64,000 bases of DNA from a virus. A program made the translations under genes and the position numbers. The DNA lies in the IMG/VR virus record IMGVR_UViG_3300042563_002443; one strand, given 5' to 3'. A model generated the notes under the pieces. The model did no database searches. It was given only the letters and a program-made list of their open reading frames with translations, and was not told the DNA's origin. Positions 29,177-39,026 of the stretch are shown piece by piece (position 1 is the stretch's first letter; every line of letters begins with the position of its first letter).

Positions 29177-29794
29177 ATGAAATTTTACGTACCATTCGAT
29201 GTCAATGTATATAATAATTTTGTTCATGACAATAACACACGCGGATTACAAACATTATATAATTTAAACTCGGAGTCACTTGTTATAGATGCTGGAGGAT
29301 ATAATGGAGAATTTACAGAAACAATACATGCAAAATATAATTGTTCGGTGCATATATTTGAGCCAATAAAATCAATGTTTGATGCATTAGAATCTAAATT
29401 TAGTTCAAATCCAAAAATTATCGTTAATCAACTAGGATTATCAAATTCAACTAGAGATGATATAATTTATCTAGATAATGATGGATCTTCGTTGTATGGT
29501 ACTGGTGATTCTGAAACAATTCAGTGTATTGACGTTTCTAAATATTTACAGTTAAATAAAATACAGTTAGTCGATTTATTTAAGTTAAATATAGAAGGCG
29601 CTGAATATGATGTAATAGAGCGATTAATTGATCAAAAGCAACTAACGACTATAAAAAACTTGCAAGTGCAGTTTCACAGATTTATCCCAGATTGCGACAT
29701 ACGTAGAGCAAATATTCATAAACAACTATCTAAGACACATACACTAACATGGAATCATGATTGGATTTGGGAAAGCTGGGCAATAATTGAATAG
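29177..29794 (+). CDS. FkbM-family methyltransferase
   Basis: DAGGYNG, FEP, KLNIEGAE, QFH. Confidence 0.85.
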   Translation: MKFYVPFDVNVYNNFVHDNNTRGLQTLYNLNSESLVIDAGGYNGEFTETIHAKYNCSVHIFEPIKSMFDALESKFSSNPKIIVNQLGLSNSTRDDIIYLDNDGSSLYGTGDSETIQCIDVSKYLQLNKIQLVDLFKLNIEGAEYDVIERLIDQKQLTTIKNLQVQFHRFIPDCDIRRANIHKQLSKTHTLTWNHDWIWESWAIIE

Positions 29795-29847
29795 AGGTTA
29801 ATTTGGATTAATCAAATAATTTAATTATATTAATAAAAAGAATTACT

Positions 29848-31011
29848 ATGGATAATACAAATATACAACTAGTAAGTGATACAATCGACCGCGCCGATAT
29901 CGATAGTTTAATCGAATGGCTAAAACAAGATCCGATACCTAGATTAACAAAAGGAGAACTTACAGTTGAATTAGAAAAAAAATGGGCTAGTAAATTAGGA
30001 ACAAAATATTCAGTATTTGTTAATTCAGGGTCATCAGCAATACTATTAACATTAGCAGCATTGAAACATGCATCTGGCTTAAAAAATAATAAAATTGTTA
30101 TTCCTGCATTAAGTTGGGCTACAGATGTATCGTCGCCAATATTATTAGGATATGACCCAATACTATGTGATTGTAACTTAACTGATTTATCGTGTGATTT
30201 AGAACATCTAGAGACATTATTTAATAATGAATCACCTGCAGTATTAATACTAGTTTCTGTTTTAGGCCTAGTTCCACAAATGGATCAGATTATACAATTG
30301 TGCAATAAATATGATGTTATTTTATTAGAAGATGTATGTGAAAGTATGGGTTCTAAGTTTAATGATAAATATTTAGGTACCTTTGGGCTAGCTTCATTTT
30401 TTTCAATGTATTTTGGCCATCATTTAAGTACAATTGAAGGTGGATTTATTAATACCAACGACGAAGATTTATATTATGCTTTGGTGATGATGCGTAGTCA
30501 TGGCTGGGCAAGAGATTTGCCAGAACATAAACAAACTGAATTCAAAGAAAAATATAATTTAACTCATTTTGATAATTTATATAATTTTTACTTACCCGGA
30601 ATGAATCTTAGGTCGACAGATTTACAAGCTCATATAGGTATTAGATCGATTGATAAACTAGATAAATATTCTATTACACGCAATGCAAACTTTAATTATT
30701 ATGTATCTAACATTAAAAATACCGATTTAGATATACATATATCTACTAGAAATTTTATATCAAATTTTGCAATGCCAATTGTATGTAAAAATAAAGATAC
30801 AATTGTAAATACATTGGCTAAACATAATATCGAATGTCGTCCATTAATAGCAGGAAACTTAGCTAATAAACCATTTTGGTATGAACAATTCCCAAAACCA
30901 AAACTAAAAAATTGTGAACTAATAGACCAATACGGATTTTATATTCCAAATCACCAAAATTTAACTAACATCGATTTAGATCGAATAATACAAATAATTA
31001 ATAATGATTAA
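29848..31011 (+). CDS. PLP-dependent GDP-4-keto-6-deoxymannose 3-dehydratase (ColD-like, DegT family)
   Basis: NSGSSA, EDVCES, FGHHLSTIEGG with His at the usual catalytic Lys; adjacent to gmd. Confidence 0.8.
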   Translation: MDNTNIQLVSDTIDRADIDSLIEWLKQDPIPRLTKGELTVELEKKWASKLGTKYSVFVNSGSSAILLTLAALKHASGLKNNKIVIPALSWATDVSSPILLGYDPILCDCNLTDLSCDLEHLETLFNNESPAVLILVSVLGLVPQMDQIIQLCNKYDVILLEDVCESMGSKFNDKYLGTFGLASFFSMYFGHHLSTIEGGFINTNDEDLYYALVMMRSHGWARDLPEHKQTEFKEKYNLTHFDNLYNFYLPGMNLRSTDLQAHIGIRSIDKLDKYSITRNANFNYYVSNIKNTDLDIHISTRNFISNFAMPIVCKNKDTIVNTLAKHNIECRPLIAGNLANKPFWYEQFPKPKLKNCELIDQYGFYIPNHQNLTNIDLDRIIQIINND

Positions 31012-31984
31012 AAAAGCATTAATAACAGGAATTAACGGCCAAGATGGATCGTATTTAGCTGAATTATTATTATCTAAAGGATATGAAGTAACGGGCACAT
31101 TAAAACGAAATTCAGTAGCAGAAAATCAAACATTTCGATTAGATTCAGTATTCGATTGCATACAATTGGAATATGCAGATTTAACTGATATGGCTTCATT
31201 AGTAAGAGTTATCACAAAAGTTATGCCCGATGAAGTATATAATTTAGCAGCACAATCACACGTAGGTATATCATTCGATCAACCAGTATATACCGCACAA
31301 GCAACTGGAGTTGGAACATTAAATTTATTAGAAGCTATTCGATTGATAAAACTAGATACTAAAATATACCAAGCATCTTCTTCTGAAATGTTTGGCAATA
31401 ATATAGATAGCGACGGATATCAGCGAGAAACAACTTCCATGCATCCGGTATCTCCATATGGCTGTGCAAAAGTATATGCTTATAACATATGTAGGAATTA
31501 CCGACATTCATATAATATGTTTATTTCAAATGGGATATTATTTAATCATGAATCACCTAGACGTGGCACTAACTTTGTGACTAATAAAGTTTGTAAAGAA
31601 GCAGTTAGAATTAAATTGGGACTATCTGATAAACTAAAATTAGGTAATCTAGATGCAACTAGAGATTGGGGCCACGCAAAAGATTATGTAGAAGCTATGT
31701 GGTCAATGTTACAAATGGATGAACCTGATGATTATGTTTGTGCTACTGGTATATCTCACTCAGTAAAAGATTTATGTAATTATGTGTTTTCATATCTAGA
31801 TCTAGATTGGAAAGATTATGTAATCACTGATAATCGATATTTACGTCCAGAGGAACTACATAATCTTAAGGGAGATCCAACTAAATTAATACAAAAAATT
31901 GGTTGGACACACACATACACGTTTGAAACACTGTTAGATGAAATGATAGAATATTGGTTAACTACGTATAACAAAGGCCTTTAA
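31004..31984 (+). CDS. gmd: GDP-mannose 4,6-dehydratase
   Basis: TGINGQDGSYL, LAAQSHV, SPYGCAK, NHESPRRG, RDWGHA. Confidence 0.96.
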   Translation: MIKKALITGINGQDGSYLAELLLSKGYEVTGTLKRNSVAENQTFRLDSVFDCIQLEYADLTDMASLVRVITKVMPDEVYNLAAQSHVGISFDQPVYTAQATGVGTLNLLEAIRLIKLDTKIYQASSSEMFGNNIDSDGYQRETTSMHPVSPYGCAKVYAYNICRNYRHSYNMFISNGILFNHESPRRGTNFVTNKVCKEAVRIKLGLSDKLKLGNLDATRDWGHAKDYVEAMWSMLQMDEPDDYVCATGISHSVKDLCNYVFSYLDLDWKDYVITDNRYLRPEELHNLKGDPTKLIQKIGWTHTYTFETLLDEMIEYWLTTYNKGL

Positions 31985-32571
31985 TGATACCTACATACAT
32001 AATAAATTTAAAAGAACGAGTTGATAGAAAATCATATATTCTCGAAGAAATAAAAAAACTCCCGGGACTATCATATGAAATTGTCGAGGCAATTCGTGAT
32101 GAAACAAATACATGTTTTGCATCGCATATTAAATGCATACAACAAGCTAAAGATAATAGTTTACCATATGTATTAATTTTAGAAGATGATGCCATGTTTA
32201 CAGATGATTCCATTGCAGTATTTAATTCAGCATTTTCTAAAATTCATTCACAACAATGGGATATGTTATATCTAGGCGCGAACTTAAATTCTCCAGCGTA
32301 TAGTATTACTTCGTCACTACTTAAATTATCAGGCGCATATACAACACACGCATACATGGTTCATGAACGATTTTATGATACTATTTTAAATTTGAAATTA
32401 GATTTTGAAATAGATGTGTGTTATTCAAAATTAATGAATAAAAATAACGTATATATGTGTGATCCAATAATTGCATATCAACTACCATCACATTCCGATA
32501 TACAACACGGATTCAGAGATTATAATTCAGCAATACATAATAACTATTTAAAACATAAAAAACTAATATGA
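31984..32571 (+). CDS. GT25-family glycosyltransferase
   Basis: YIINL..RVDR, CFASH, ILEDDA, THAY. Confidence 0.85.
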   Translation: MIPTYIINLKERVDRKSYILEEIKKLPGLSYEIVEAIRDETNTCFASHIKCIQQAKDNSLPYVLILEDDAMFTDDSIAVFNSAFSKIHSQQWDMLYLGANLNSPAYSITSSLLKLSGAYTTHAYMVHERFYDTILNLKLDFEIDVCYSKLMNKNNVYMCDPIIAYQLPSHSDIQHGFRDYNSAIHNNYLKHKKLI

Positions 32572-33194
32572 ATAAAGAATTAGAACAAACGTTTACTACT
32601 ATATATAGTACGAGAGCATGGCATAGTAAAGAAAGTATTTCCGGTAATGGGTCAGAATTAATTCAAACCAAACAAATTATCGAGGAACTACCTTTTTTAT
32701 TTAAAAAATACAATATTCAGTCTGTATTGGATATTCCGTGTGGCGATTATAATTGGATGCGCTACGTTGACAAAACTAATATTAAATATATTGGAGCTGA
32801 CATAGTAGAAGAATTAATAAATTCAAATACTGCGAAATACCCAGATGTTAACTTTATGCATTTAGATTTAACAAAATCTGAGTTACCAACCGTTGATTTA
32901 ATATTAGCCCGGGACGTATTTGTGCATATGACATATGAAACAATTGTAAGTGCATTAGAAAATATTATTAAAAGTGGAGCTAAATATTTATTAACAACAT
33001 CATTTACTGGCTTAAATCTAAATACTGATTTGCATCAAAATGGTGATTGGAGATGTTTGAACTTACTAGCAGCCCCATTTAGATTTAAACCAGTATATTT
33101 GATTAATGAAGATTGTACCGAAGGAGTTGACAATCAACATAATGATAAATGTTTGATATTATTTGAAGTTTCTGGATTATATATTGGAAGTTAA
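32568..33194 (+). CDS. class I SAM-dependent methyltransferase
   Basis: SGNGS, LDIPCGD, GADIV, RDVFVH. Confidence 0.85.
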   Translation: MNKELEQTFTTIYSTRAWHSKESISGNGSELIQTKQIIEELPFLFKKYNIQSVLDIPCGDYNWMRYVDKTNIKYIGADIVEELINSNTAKYPDVNFMHLDLTKSELPTVDLILARDVFVHMTYETIVSALENIIKSGAKYLLTTSFTGLNLNTDLHQNGDWRCLNLLAAPFRFKPVYLINEDCTEGVDNQHNDKCLILFEVSGLYIGS

Positions 33195-33195
33195 T

Positions 33196-34065
33196 ATGAA
33201 AATACTCTTAGCATGTATCAATGCCAATGGATGTGGTGGCAGCGAAATGTATCATTACGAATTAGCTCGAGAATTAGATCAATCCGGACATGATGTGACA
33301 TTATTTACATTACGTCAAATTGATTGGACAGATCAAGTTCGATTAAAATTAAAACATATAAGACAATTGGATACTACAAATTTGGATACTACTGAGAATT
33401 TTGATATAATAGTAGCAAGTCAGCCAGAAGTCAATTTGTTTGTATTGGAACACTTTAAAGAAACGCCGATTGTTAGTATTATACATTCAGAAATTAGATC
33501 TGAGGATCCAATATTGAATCCTAGGATATTACATTACATTGCAATTAGAAAACCAATATTGGATATGCTGATTAATGAATATAAAATTCCAGCAAATAAA
33601 GTAAGTTTAATTTATAATCCAATTGATCAGAATAGATTTAATTCAGCTGAAACTAAAAAGTTGGAACGACATTCTGGAATATTTGTTGGGGAAGTATTAG
33701 ATCCAATAAGATTTAATGCAGTTCAACATATTGTACAACAATGTGTAAAAAATGATTGGGATTTATACTTAATGAGTGAAAGTAGATTTAATTTCAATCA
33801 CCCTAATATTAAATACGTAGATAAACGTTGGGATACTGAAAACTTTGTTCAAATGATGAATTTTACTGCAGGAATTTTATTAGGACGAACTACATTGGAA
33901 GGTTGGTGTTGTGACGTTCTTGGCTACATGTATATTATTGATATACATGGCGCCATTCATTCAATTGAAACTGACGCACCTATTAATATCAAACAACTTT
34001 GCAATAGTACATATGTTGCTGCAAAACATGTTGAATTATATAAATCTATTATAGATACAATATGA
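33196..34065 (+). CDS. glycosyltransferase (GT-B, degenerate)
   Basis: GGSEMY..ELA..L...GHDV, IYNPID, GRTTLEG. Confidence 0.75.
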   Translation: MKILLACINANGCGGSEMYHYELARELDQSGHDVTLFTLRQIDWTDQVRLKLKHIRQLDTTNLDTTENFDIIVASQPEVNLFVLEHFKETPIVSIIHSEIRSEDPILNPRILHYIAIRKPILDMLINEYKIPANKVSLIYNPIDQNRFNSAETKKLERHSGIFVGEVLDPIRFNAVQHIVQQCVKNDWDLYLMSESRFNFNHPNIKYVDKRWDTENFVQMMNFTAGILLGRTTLEGWCCDVLGYMYIIDIHGAIHSIETDAPINIKQLCNSTYVAAKHVELYKSIIDTI

Positions 34066-34757
34066 AACATTGCATTATTTTACATTTGTATTATCAGGAT
34101 CTTTGGCCTGAATTCAAAGAAAAACTGATTCCGATAATAAACAAAAATATAGATTTATATGTATCGGTAACTACTTTAGAATCCAAATTTATATCAGATA
34201 TAGAAACATATGCAACCAAAGTTTTTTTAGTAGAAAATCGAGGAGCAGATATTGGACCATTTATTTTTGTATATGACAAAATAAAACATAATGATTATGC
34301 TACTTATTTAAAATTGCATGGAAAAAAAACAATGCATAATCCAAAATTCGGAAAAGCATGGCGACAGGAATTATATTTTGGAATCGTAGATCATTATGAA
34401 ACTATTCTTAAACACGTATCGACGATATTGGGTCATTGGATGTTAGGAAATGGATATCATTTAATGGATATGAATAGTGAATCTAATGATCATATTAATA
34501 GAATTCAATCATTAGAATTCATAAAACAAGCAGCAGCATATTTAAACGTTACATATGAGGGAGCATTTTTTGCTGGGACAATGTGGCTAACAAATAAAGA
34601 ATATCTAGAAAAATTGTTTGATAATATCAATTTAGATGACTTATATAAACAATTTCAACCAGGTCATTTAACAAATTCTCTTGCACATGGAATGGAACGA
34701 GTACTTTGTTATGGTGTTGAACATCATGGCGGTCAATATATTAAAATCGGAAATTAA
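34062..34757 (+). CDS. rhamnan synthesis F (RgpF)-like protein
   Basis: HLYYQDLW, NRGADIGPF, KLHGKK, FFAGTMW, HGMER. Confidence 0.85.
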   Translation: MKHCIILHLYYQDLWPEFKEKLIPIINKNIDLYVSVTTLESKFISDIETYATKVFLVENRGADIGPFIFVYDKIKHNDYATYLKLHGKKTMHNPKFGKAWRQELYFGIVDHYETILKHVSTILGHWMLGNGYHLMDMNSESNDHINRIQSLEFIKQAAAYLNVTYEGAFFAGTMWLTNKEYLEKLFDNINLDDLYKQFQPGHLTNSLAHGMERVLCYGVEHHGGQYIKIGN

Positions 34758-34760
34758 CTT

Positions 34761-35909
34761 ATGTCAAACATTTCACTCTTAGTAGGCCTTAAAAATAATT
34801 TAGACTACAATAAGAATTTTTATCAAACAACCCGAGAACTTTATCCAGAAGTTGAATTGTGTTTTGTAAGTTTTGGATCAACAGATGGGACTCATGAATG
34901 GTTAGAAACATTAGCAGACAACAATGTTAAGTATTTTTATTCAGAAGAACAAAAAACATTTTCTGATACATTTAATAAGGCAGCAGAATTAGCAACAAAG
35001 GATTATGTAGCATATCTTCACAATGATATTGTGCTAGCACCTAGATTCCTAGAAAACTTGGAAAAACATGTAGCACCAACCAATGTAGTGTCATATACCA
35101 CAATAGAACCGCCTATATTCGCAGATCATGAGCGCCCTGGTAAATTGATTCATGATTTAGGTTCATCGTTAGAGACGTTTGATACGGGGGCTTTATATGA
35201 ATATGTAAAACATAAAGAATTAGAATATTCCAATAAAACAGAACCTGGAATTACGTTTTTTATGTGTATGCCTCGCATTGCATTATTAGATATAGGCGGA
35301 ATGGATAATTTATTCAATCCAATGTTTTGCGAAGATGATGATTTGATTCGCCGTTGGAAATTGCTAGGGATGACATGTTTTACGACACTAGATGCAATAT
35401 GTTATCACTTTGTAAGTAAAACGTCTAGATTTTCAGAAGAATATCAAAACAGAACTCAACAAATAGAAATTGCATCTAATAGAAATTATATTAGAAAATG
35501 GGGAACTAAATCTAACGCTCCTAAATATAACATTGCATTTCAAGTTACAAATTGTAATATAAATTTATTACAAACATTGGAGCCATGGTGTGATCGAATC
35601 TATATAGACGATGCAATGCAAGTATTAACTGATTCATACATTGAAACAGAACAACCAAATACCAAATTTGATTTAACTAAACGTGTATTTTGTATTGGAT
35701 ATAACGATCCTGCAGGAGAAAATGATATAGTTGTGGCAATTGATGGAAACACCTTTACGCAAACAGATTTTCAATACATACAACAACTATCAGAAATACT
35801 GCAAGACTCCGGGCAACCAGGAACATTTCGATTAGGAAATTGTCAAATAACAATTGTTAGTTTAATTGCTATGGAATCTGAATTAATTGTATGTAATCGC
35901 GGAATTTAA
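34761..35909 (+). CDS. GT2-family glycosyltransferase
   Basis: STDGT, LHND, EDDDL, YHF. Confidence 0.85.
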   Translation: MSNISLLVGLKNNLDYNKNFYQTTRELYPEVELCFVSFGSTDGTHEWLETLADNNVKYFYSEEQKTFSDTFNKAAELATKDYVAYLHNDIVLAPRFLENLEKHVAPTNVVSYTTIEPPIFADHERPGKLIHDLGSSLETFDTGALYEYVKHKELEYSNKTEPGITFFMCMPRIALLDIGGMDNLFNPMFCEDDDLIRRWKLLGMTCFTTLDAICYHFVSKTSRFSEEYQNRTQQIEIASNRNYIRKWGTKSNAPKYNIAFQVTNCNINLLQTLEPWCDRIYIDDAMQVLTDSYIETEQPNTKFDLTKRVFCIGYNDPAGENDIVVAIDGNTFTQTDFQYIQQLSEILQDSGQPGTFRLGNCQITIVSLIAMESELIVCNRGI

Positions 35910-35949
35910 TCCAAATATTTTTCAATAAAATTATAGTCCTTGTTATTTG

Positions 35950-35982
35950 ATATTGTCCCATATTTATCTTAAAGGGCAATAT
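35950..35982 (+). promoter_or_regulatory. hairpin enclosing the late promoter motif and occluding the holin-like start codon
   Basis: ATATTGTCC (35950-58) pairs with GGGCAATAT (35974-82, includes the AT of ATG); loop holds ATATTTAT. Confidence 0.6.
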
Positions 35983-36202
35983 GAACAATCTATTAAATGA
36001 CGAGTCAGGCAACGCATCATCAAAACGAATATCCGGTTTACTATGTGTTATTTTTTTAAATGTTACATTGTTAGCTAATTCATTTTCACACGGCGACATA
36101 AAACCATCAGACATACTAGTGCAAACCGTTGGTATGTTGGCGTTTGGCTGTTTAGGATTAACAAGTTTAGACAAATACACAAAAAATAAGATTAACAAAT
36201 AG
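35981..36202 (+). CDS. small 2-TM holin-like protein
   Basis: SSKR followed by two TM helices, basic C-terminus. Confidence 0.55.
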   Translation: MNNLLNDESGNASSKRISGLLCVIFLNVTLLANSFSHGDIKPSDILVQTVGMLAFGCLGLTSLDKYTKNKINK

Positions 36203-36207
36203 TTTAG

Positions 36208-36609
36208 ATGGATGATTTAGGAAAATTTATACCGTTATTTATTGGCGGAGGATGGATTGTATTAGTGATCGGAGCTGCAGGAATGTTGGCCCGAGTCGCT
36301 ACAAGCAAAAATCCCGAAGAGAAAACAATCTTACAAATTATTAATAACATGGTCGCTGCCATGTTAGCATCTTTGATATCATGGTTTATCCTAGAACAGT
36401 TTGAAATTGCAGCTATATGGAAAGCATTAGTTTACGGTTTAGTAGGATTAAATTCTCCAGAATTATTATCTGGTATTATTAAAATATCAACCAAATTTTC
36501 AGAAAATCCAGGTGAATTTATTTCAAATGCGAGAGCAGGCAAGATTACATCAATAAAAAAAGCGCCAACTAGAACAACTAGAAAGCCTACAACAAGAAAA
36601 ACAAAATGA
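36208..36609 (+). CDS. 3-TM membrane protein (holin-like) with basic K/T/R tail
   Basis: Hydrophobic helices; tail KKAPTRTTRKPTTRKTK. Confidence 0.55.
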   Translation: MDDLGKFIPLFIGGGWIVLVIGAAGMLARVATSKNPEEKTILQIINNMVAAMLASLISWFILEQFEIAAIWKALVYGLVGLNSPELLSGIIKISTKFSENPGEFISNARAGKITSIKKAPTRTTRKPTTRKTK

Positions 36610-37322
36610 AACAAACAACGTTAATGGTTATTTTAACTGGTATTATTATTGTTATAGCCAGTTTCGGAAAATATGTCGAGTCTAATATCACTACATCAGC
36701 AACAAGTATATTAGAGAATCGATTAAAGCCTGTCCCGGCGCTATCTCGCATTTTTGACTATTACGGCACGACTGTACAAGATGCAATAACAACTTCCAAT
36801 ATTAACATACAAAACATTCAACAGCATCGCGACGCTATACTTGAAGAGAAAATAAAAAGAGATACTTTATGGAATCAATACACCAACACATATTTAGTAG
36901 ATTCGGAATCTAAAATGGTTGATAAAGTTAAAATTGAAATGAATGAATTGGATAATACTATTGATTTTATCCTAACATCACCCGATACAATAAAAGTAAA
37001 ATCAATTATAACTTCAGATAGATTCAACGCTGATATGAATACAACCATGAATGATATAAATTGGCTACTTGATTTACAAACTCAAGTTGGACAAGAAGAG
37101 ACAATGAAAATGATAGCGTTACTAGAAAGATTCTCTCATTTTATGGTTGGGGCAATTGCTTTAGCATTTATAATGCTTGGTTCTATAATATACCCAAAAA
37201 TATTTAATAAAGAAAAATTACCTATTAAGCCAGTTAGAAGAACAAAAACAACACCGGCTAAAAAATCAACAACCCGCAAACCAGTTGCAAAAAAACCTGC
37301 AGCTAAACCTAGAAAAGCATAA
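36606..37322 (+). CDS. membrane protein with chemoreceptor-type four-helix-bundle sensor domain and H1-like tail
   Basis: TM1-(SILENRLKPVPALSRI...LWNQYTNT...LLDLQ)-TM2, no signalling domain, PAKK repeats. Confidence 0.6.
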   Translation: MKQTTLMVILTGIIIVIASFGKYVESNITTSATSILENRLKPVPALSRIFDYYGTTVQDAITTSNINIQNIQQHRDAILEEKIKRDTLWNQYTNTYLVDSESKMVDKVKIEMNELDNTIDFILTSPDTIKVKSIITSDRFNADMNTTMNDINWLLDLQTQVGQEETMKMIALLERFSHFMVGAIALAFIMLGSIIYPKIFNKEKLPIKPVRRTKTTPAKKSTTRKPVAKKPAAKPRKA

Positions 37323-37756
37323 TGAAAAAACTAATCACAATCTTATTTTTATGTTTTAGCACAGTTGCTATTGCACAGGCATCCTACTACGTAATGGTTG
37401 CCCCAAATGTTGCATTTGATACAAAAGTTAGTGATCCAAAAAACTTATTGGGTGCTACTGTTGAGATAGGTAAATATTTTGGAGATATTGCTGTTGGTAT
37501 TAATACTGGTCTATTTTCTTTAGACATAAAAGATTTGTATTCAGAGTTAATGATTACATCTCCTATATATGGCCCATTTTCAGTTTCTGTTGCTGGTGGT
37601 TGGTTTTTTTATAAAAAAGATATTACCATGGAATATGATATTAATTATAATTTTCCAAGAATAAAAGGATATACTCCAGTATTTTCATATTCTTTACAAA
37701 CTGCGTTTGGCACTTCGTATAAATCATTTTCAATTGGCATTAACAAAGATTTTTAA
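37322..37756 (+). CDS. secreted / outer-membrane beta-barrel-like protein
   Basis: Signal peptide MKKLITILFLCFSTVAIA-Q; amphipathic strands; terminal Phe. Confidence 0.55.
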   Translation: MKKLITILFLCFSTVAIAQASYYVMVAPNVAFDTKVSDPKNLLGATVEIGKYFGDIAVGINTGLFSLDIKDLYSELMITSPIYGPFSVSVAGGWFFYKKDITMEYDINYNFPRIKGYTPVFSYSLQTAFGTSYKSFSIGINKDF

Positions 37757-37823
37757 CAAAAAAATTAAAAAAGATATTTATAATAAATTAGAAACCAATT
37801 AAAAAGAAAGCACCAATAAAAAA

Positions 37824-38426
37824 ATGAGCCTTAAGGAACAAAGATTACAAGAATTAACTAACATTGCTCCAACAGTATCAGTCAAAATGGATATGGAGTG
37901 GTTAGGTGCAACAACAAACACTGCAGACTTTCAGATACGTTTAACAAGCACTGGTACAACAGCAGTTAAATTCAACGCATTGATTATTCGTGGAGTTCAT
38001 TCTCCAAAGATAACAACAGGAACAATAACTTGGAAAGCATTAAATGAAAATGCGCATTCGTTATTGTTAGGCTGGCCTAATAAAGGAACTACTAATTTAC
38101 CATATATCTCAGGTGCAAGAAAATTAAACTTCTCTTCAGCAACAAACATCTTTACCAATGAAACAGCTCCTATTATACCAACTGGAGATGGGGCAGTTAT
38201 GGGTACATTTAGAGTTTCAACATCAACAACATGGAACCCAAATACCGATTTTGGTTTTGTATGGGAAATGACAACAGGTGGAGTTGTTGGTTATGTAAAT
38301 TTTGACAAACCGTCTTCAACTACATCACTACCAGTTGGGTTTTTACATTACGGACCAATAACAAATACAGCAATAGGAAAATGTTTAACAGTAACAGCAC
38401 CAAGTGCACAAATATTAAATAAATAA
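37824..38426 (+). CDS. hypothetical beta-sandwich, Thr-rich protein
   Basis: ORF between the membrane genes and the endolysin. Confidence 0.6.
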   Translation: MSLKEQRLQELTNIAPTVSVKMDMEWLGATTNTADFQIRLTSTGTTAVKFNALIIRGVHSPKITTGTITWKALNENAHSLLLGWPNKGTTNLPYISGARKLNFSSATNIFTNETAPIIPTGDGAVMGTFRVSTSTTWNPNTDFGFVWEMTTGGVVGYVNFDKPSSTTSLPVGFLHYGPITNTAIGKCLTVTAPSAQILNK

Positions 38427-38432
38427 AATAAA

Positions 38433-39026
38433 ATGGCAAAGTACACAAAAGAACAAGTAGAAGCAGCAGTAAAATCAAAAGGATATGTTTGGTTTGAAGG
38501 AGCAAAAGATTATGACGTAAACATCGTAGGTGTTAGAAACGCAGCAACTGGACAAACAGTAACAAATGTATTTGATGACGTTATTACAGTATCCTATAAA
38601 GTAGGAGGTGAATGGCAATACAAAGAATGGACAAACACAACTGACCCAGGTAAAAAAGGTGTTCAACAATTCCACAATGCAAAAGGAGTTGCACGTTTAG
38701 TAGAAGGCCAATACAGAGGATCTCATACAATTAGATTACATCAAGGAAAATACGAGGCTTTAGGTCAAGCAAAAAACGTTAAAGTATATCGTGATGCTAA
38801 TAAAGATTTAAAGTTTGATGAAACAAAAATTGATGAAGGTGTATTTGGAATCAACATCCACAAAGCAGGAGTTGATTCTACTTATGTAGAAAATTGGTCA
38901 GAAGGATGTCAAGTATTTAAAAGATCTAAAGACTTTGAAGAGTTTATGACAATTTGTCGCAAAGCAAAAGACATTCACGGAAATTCATTCACATATACAT
39001 TAATTGAGTCAACGGATATCATATGA
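38433..39026 (+). CDS. putative endolysin (L,D-transpeptidase/YkuD-like)
   Basis: NIVGVR, TTDPG, GINIHKAG...WSEGCQV (HxxxxSxGC-type); followed by a holin. Confidence 0.72.
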   Translation: MAKYTKEQVEAAVKSKGYVWFEGAKDYDVNIVGVRNAATGQTVTNVFDDVITVSYKVGGEWQYKEWTNTTDPGKKGVQQFHNAKGVARLVEGQYRGSHTIRLHQGKYEALGQAKNVKVYRDANKDLKFDETKIDEGVFGINIHKAGVDSTYVENWSEGCQVFKRSKDFEEFMTICRKAKDIHGNSFTYTLIESTDII

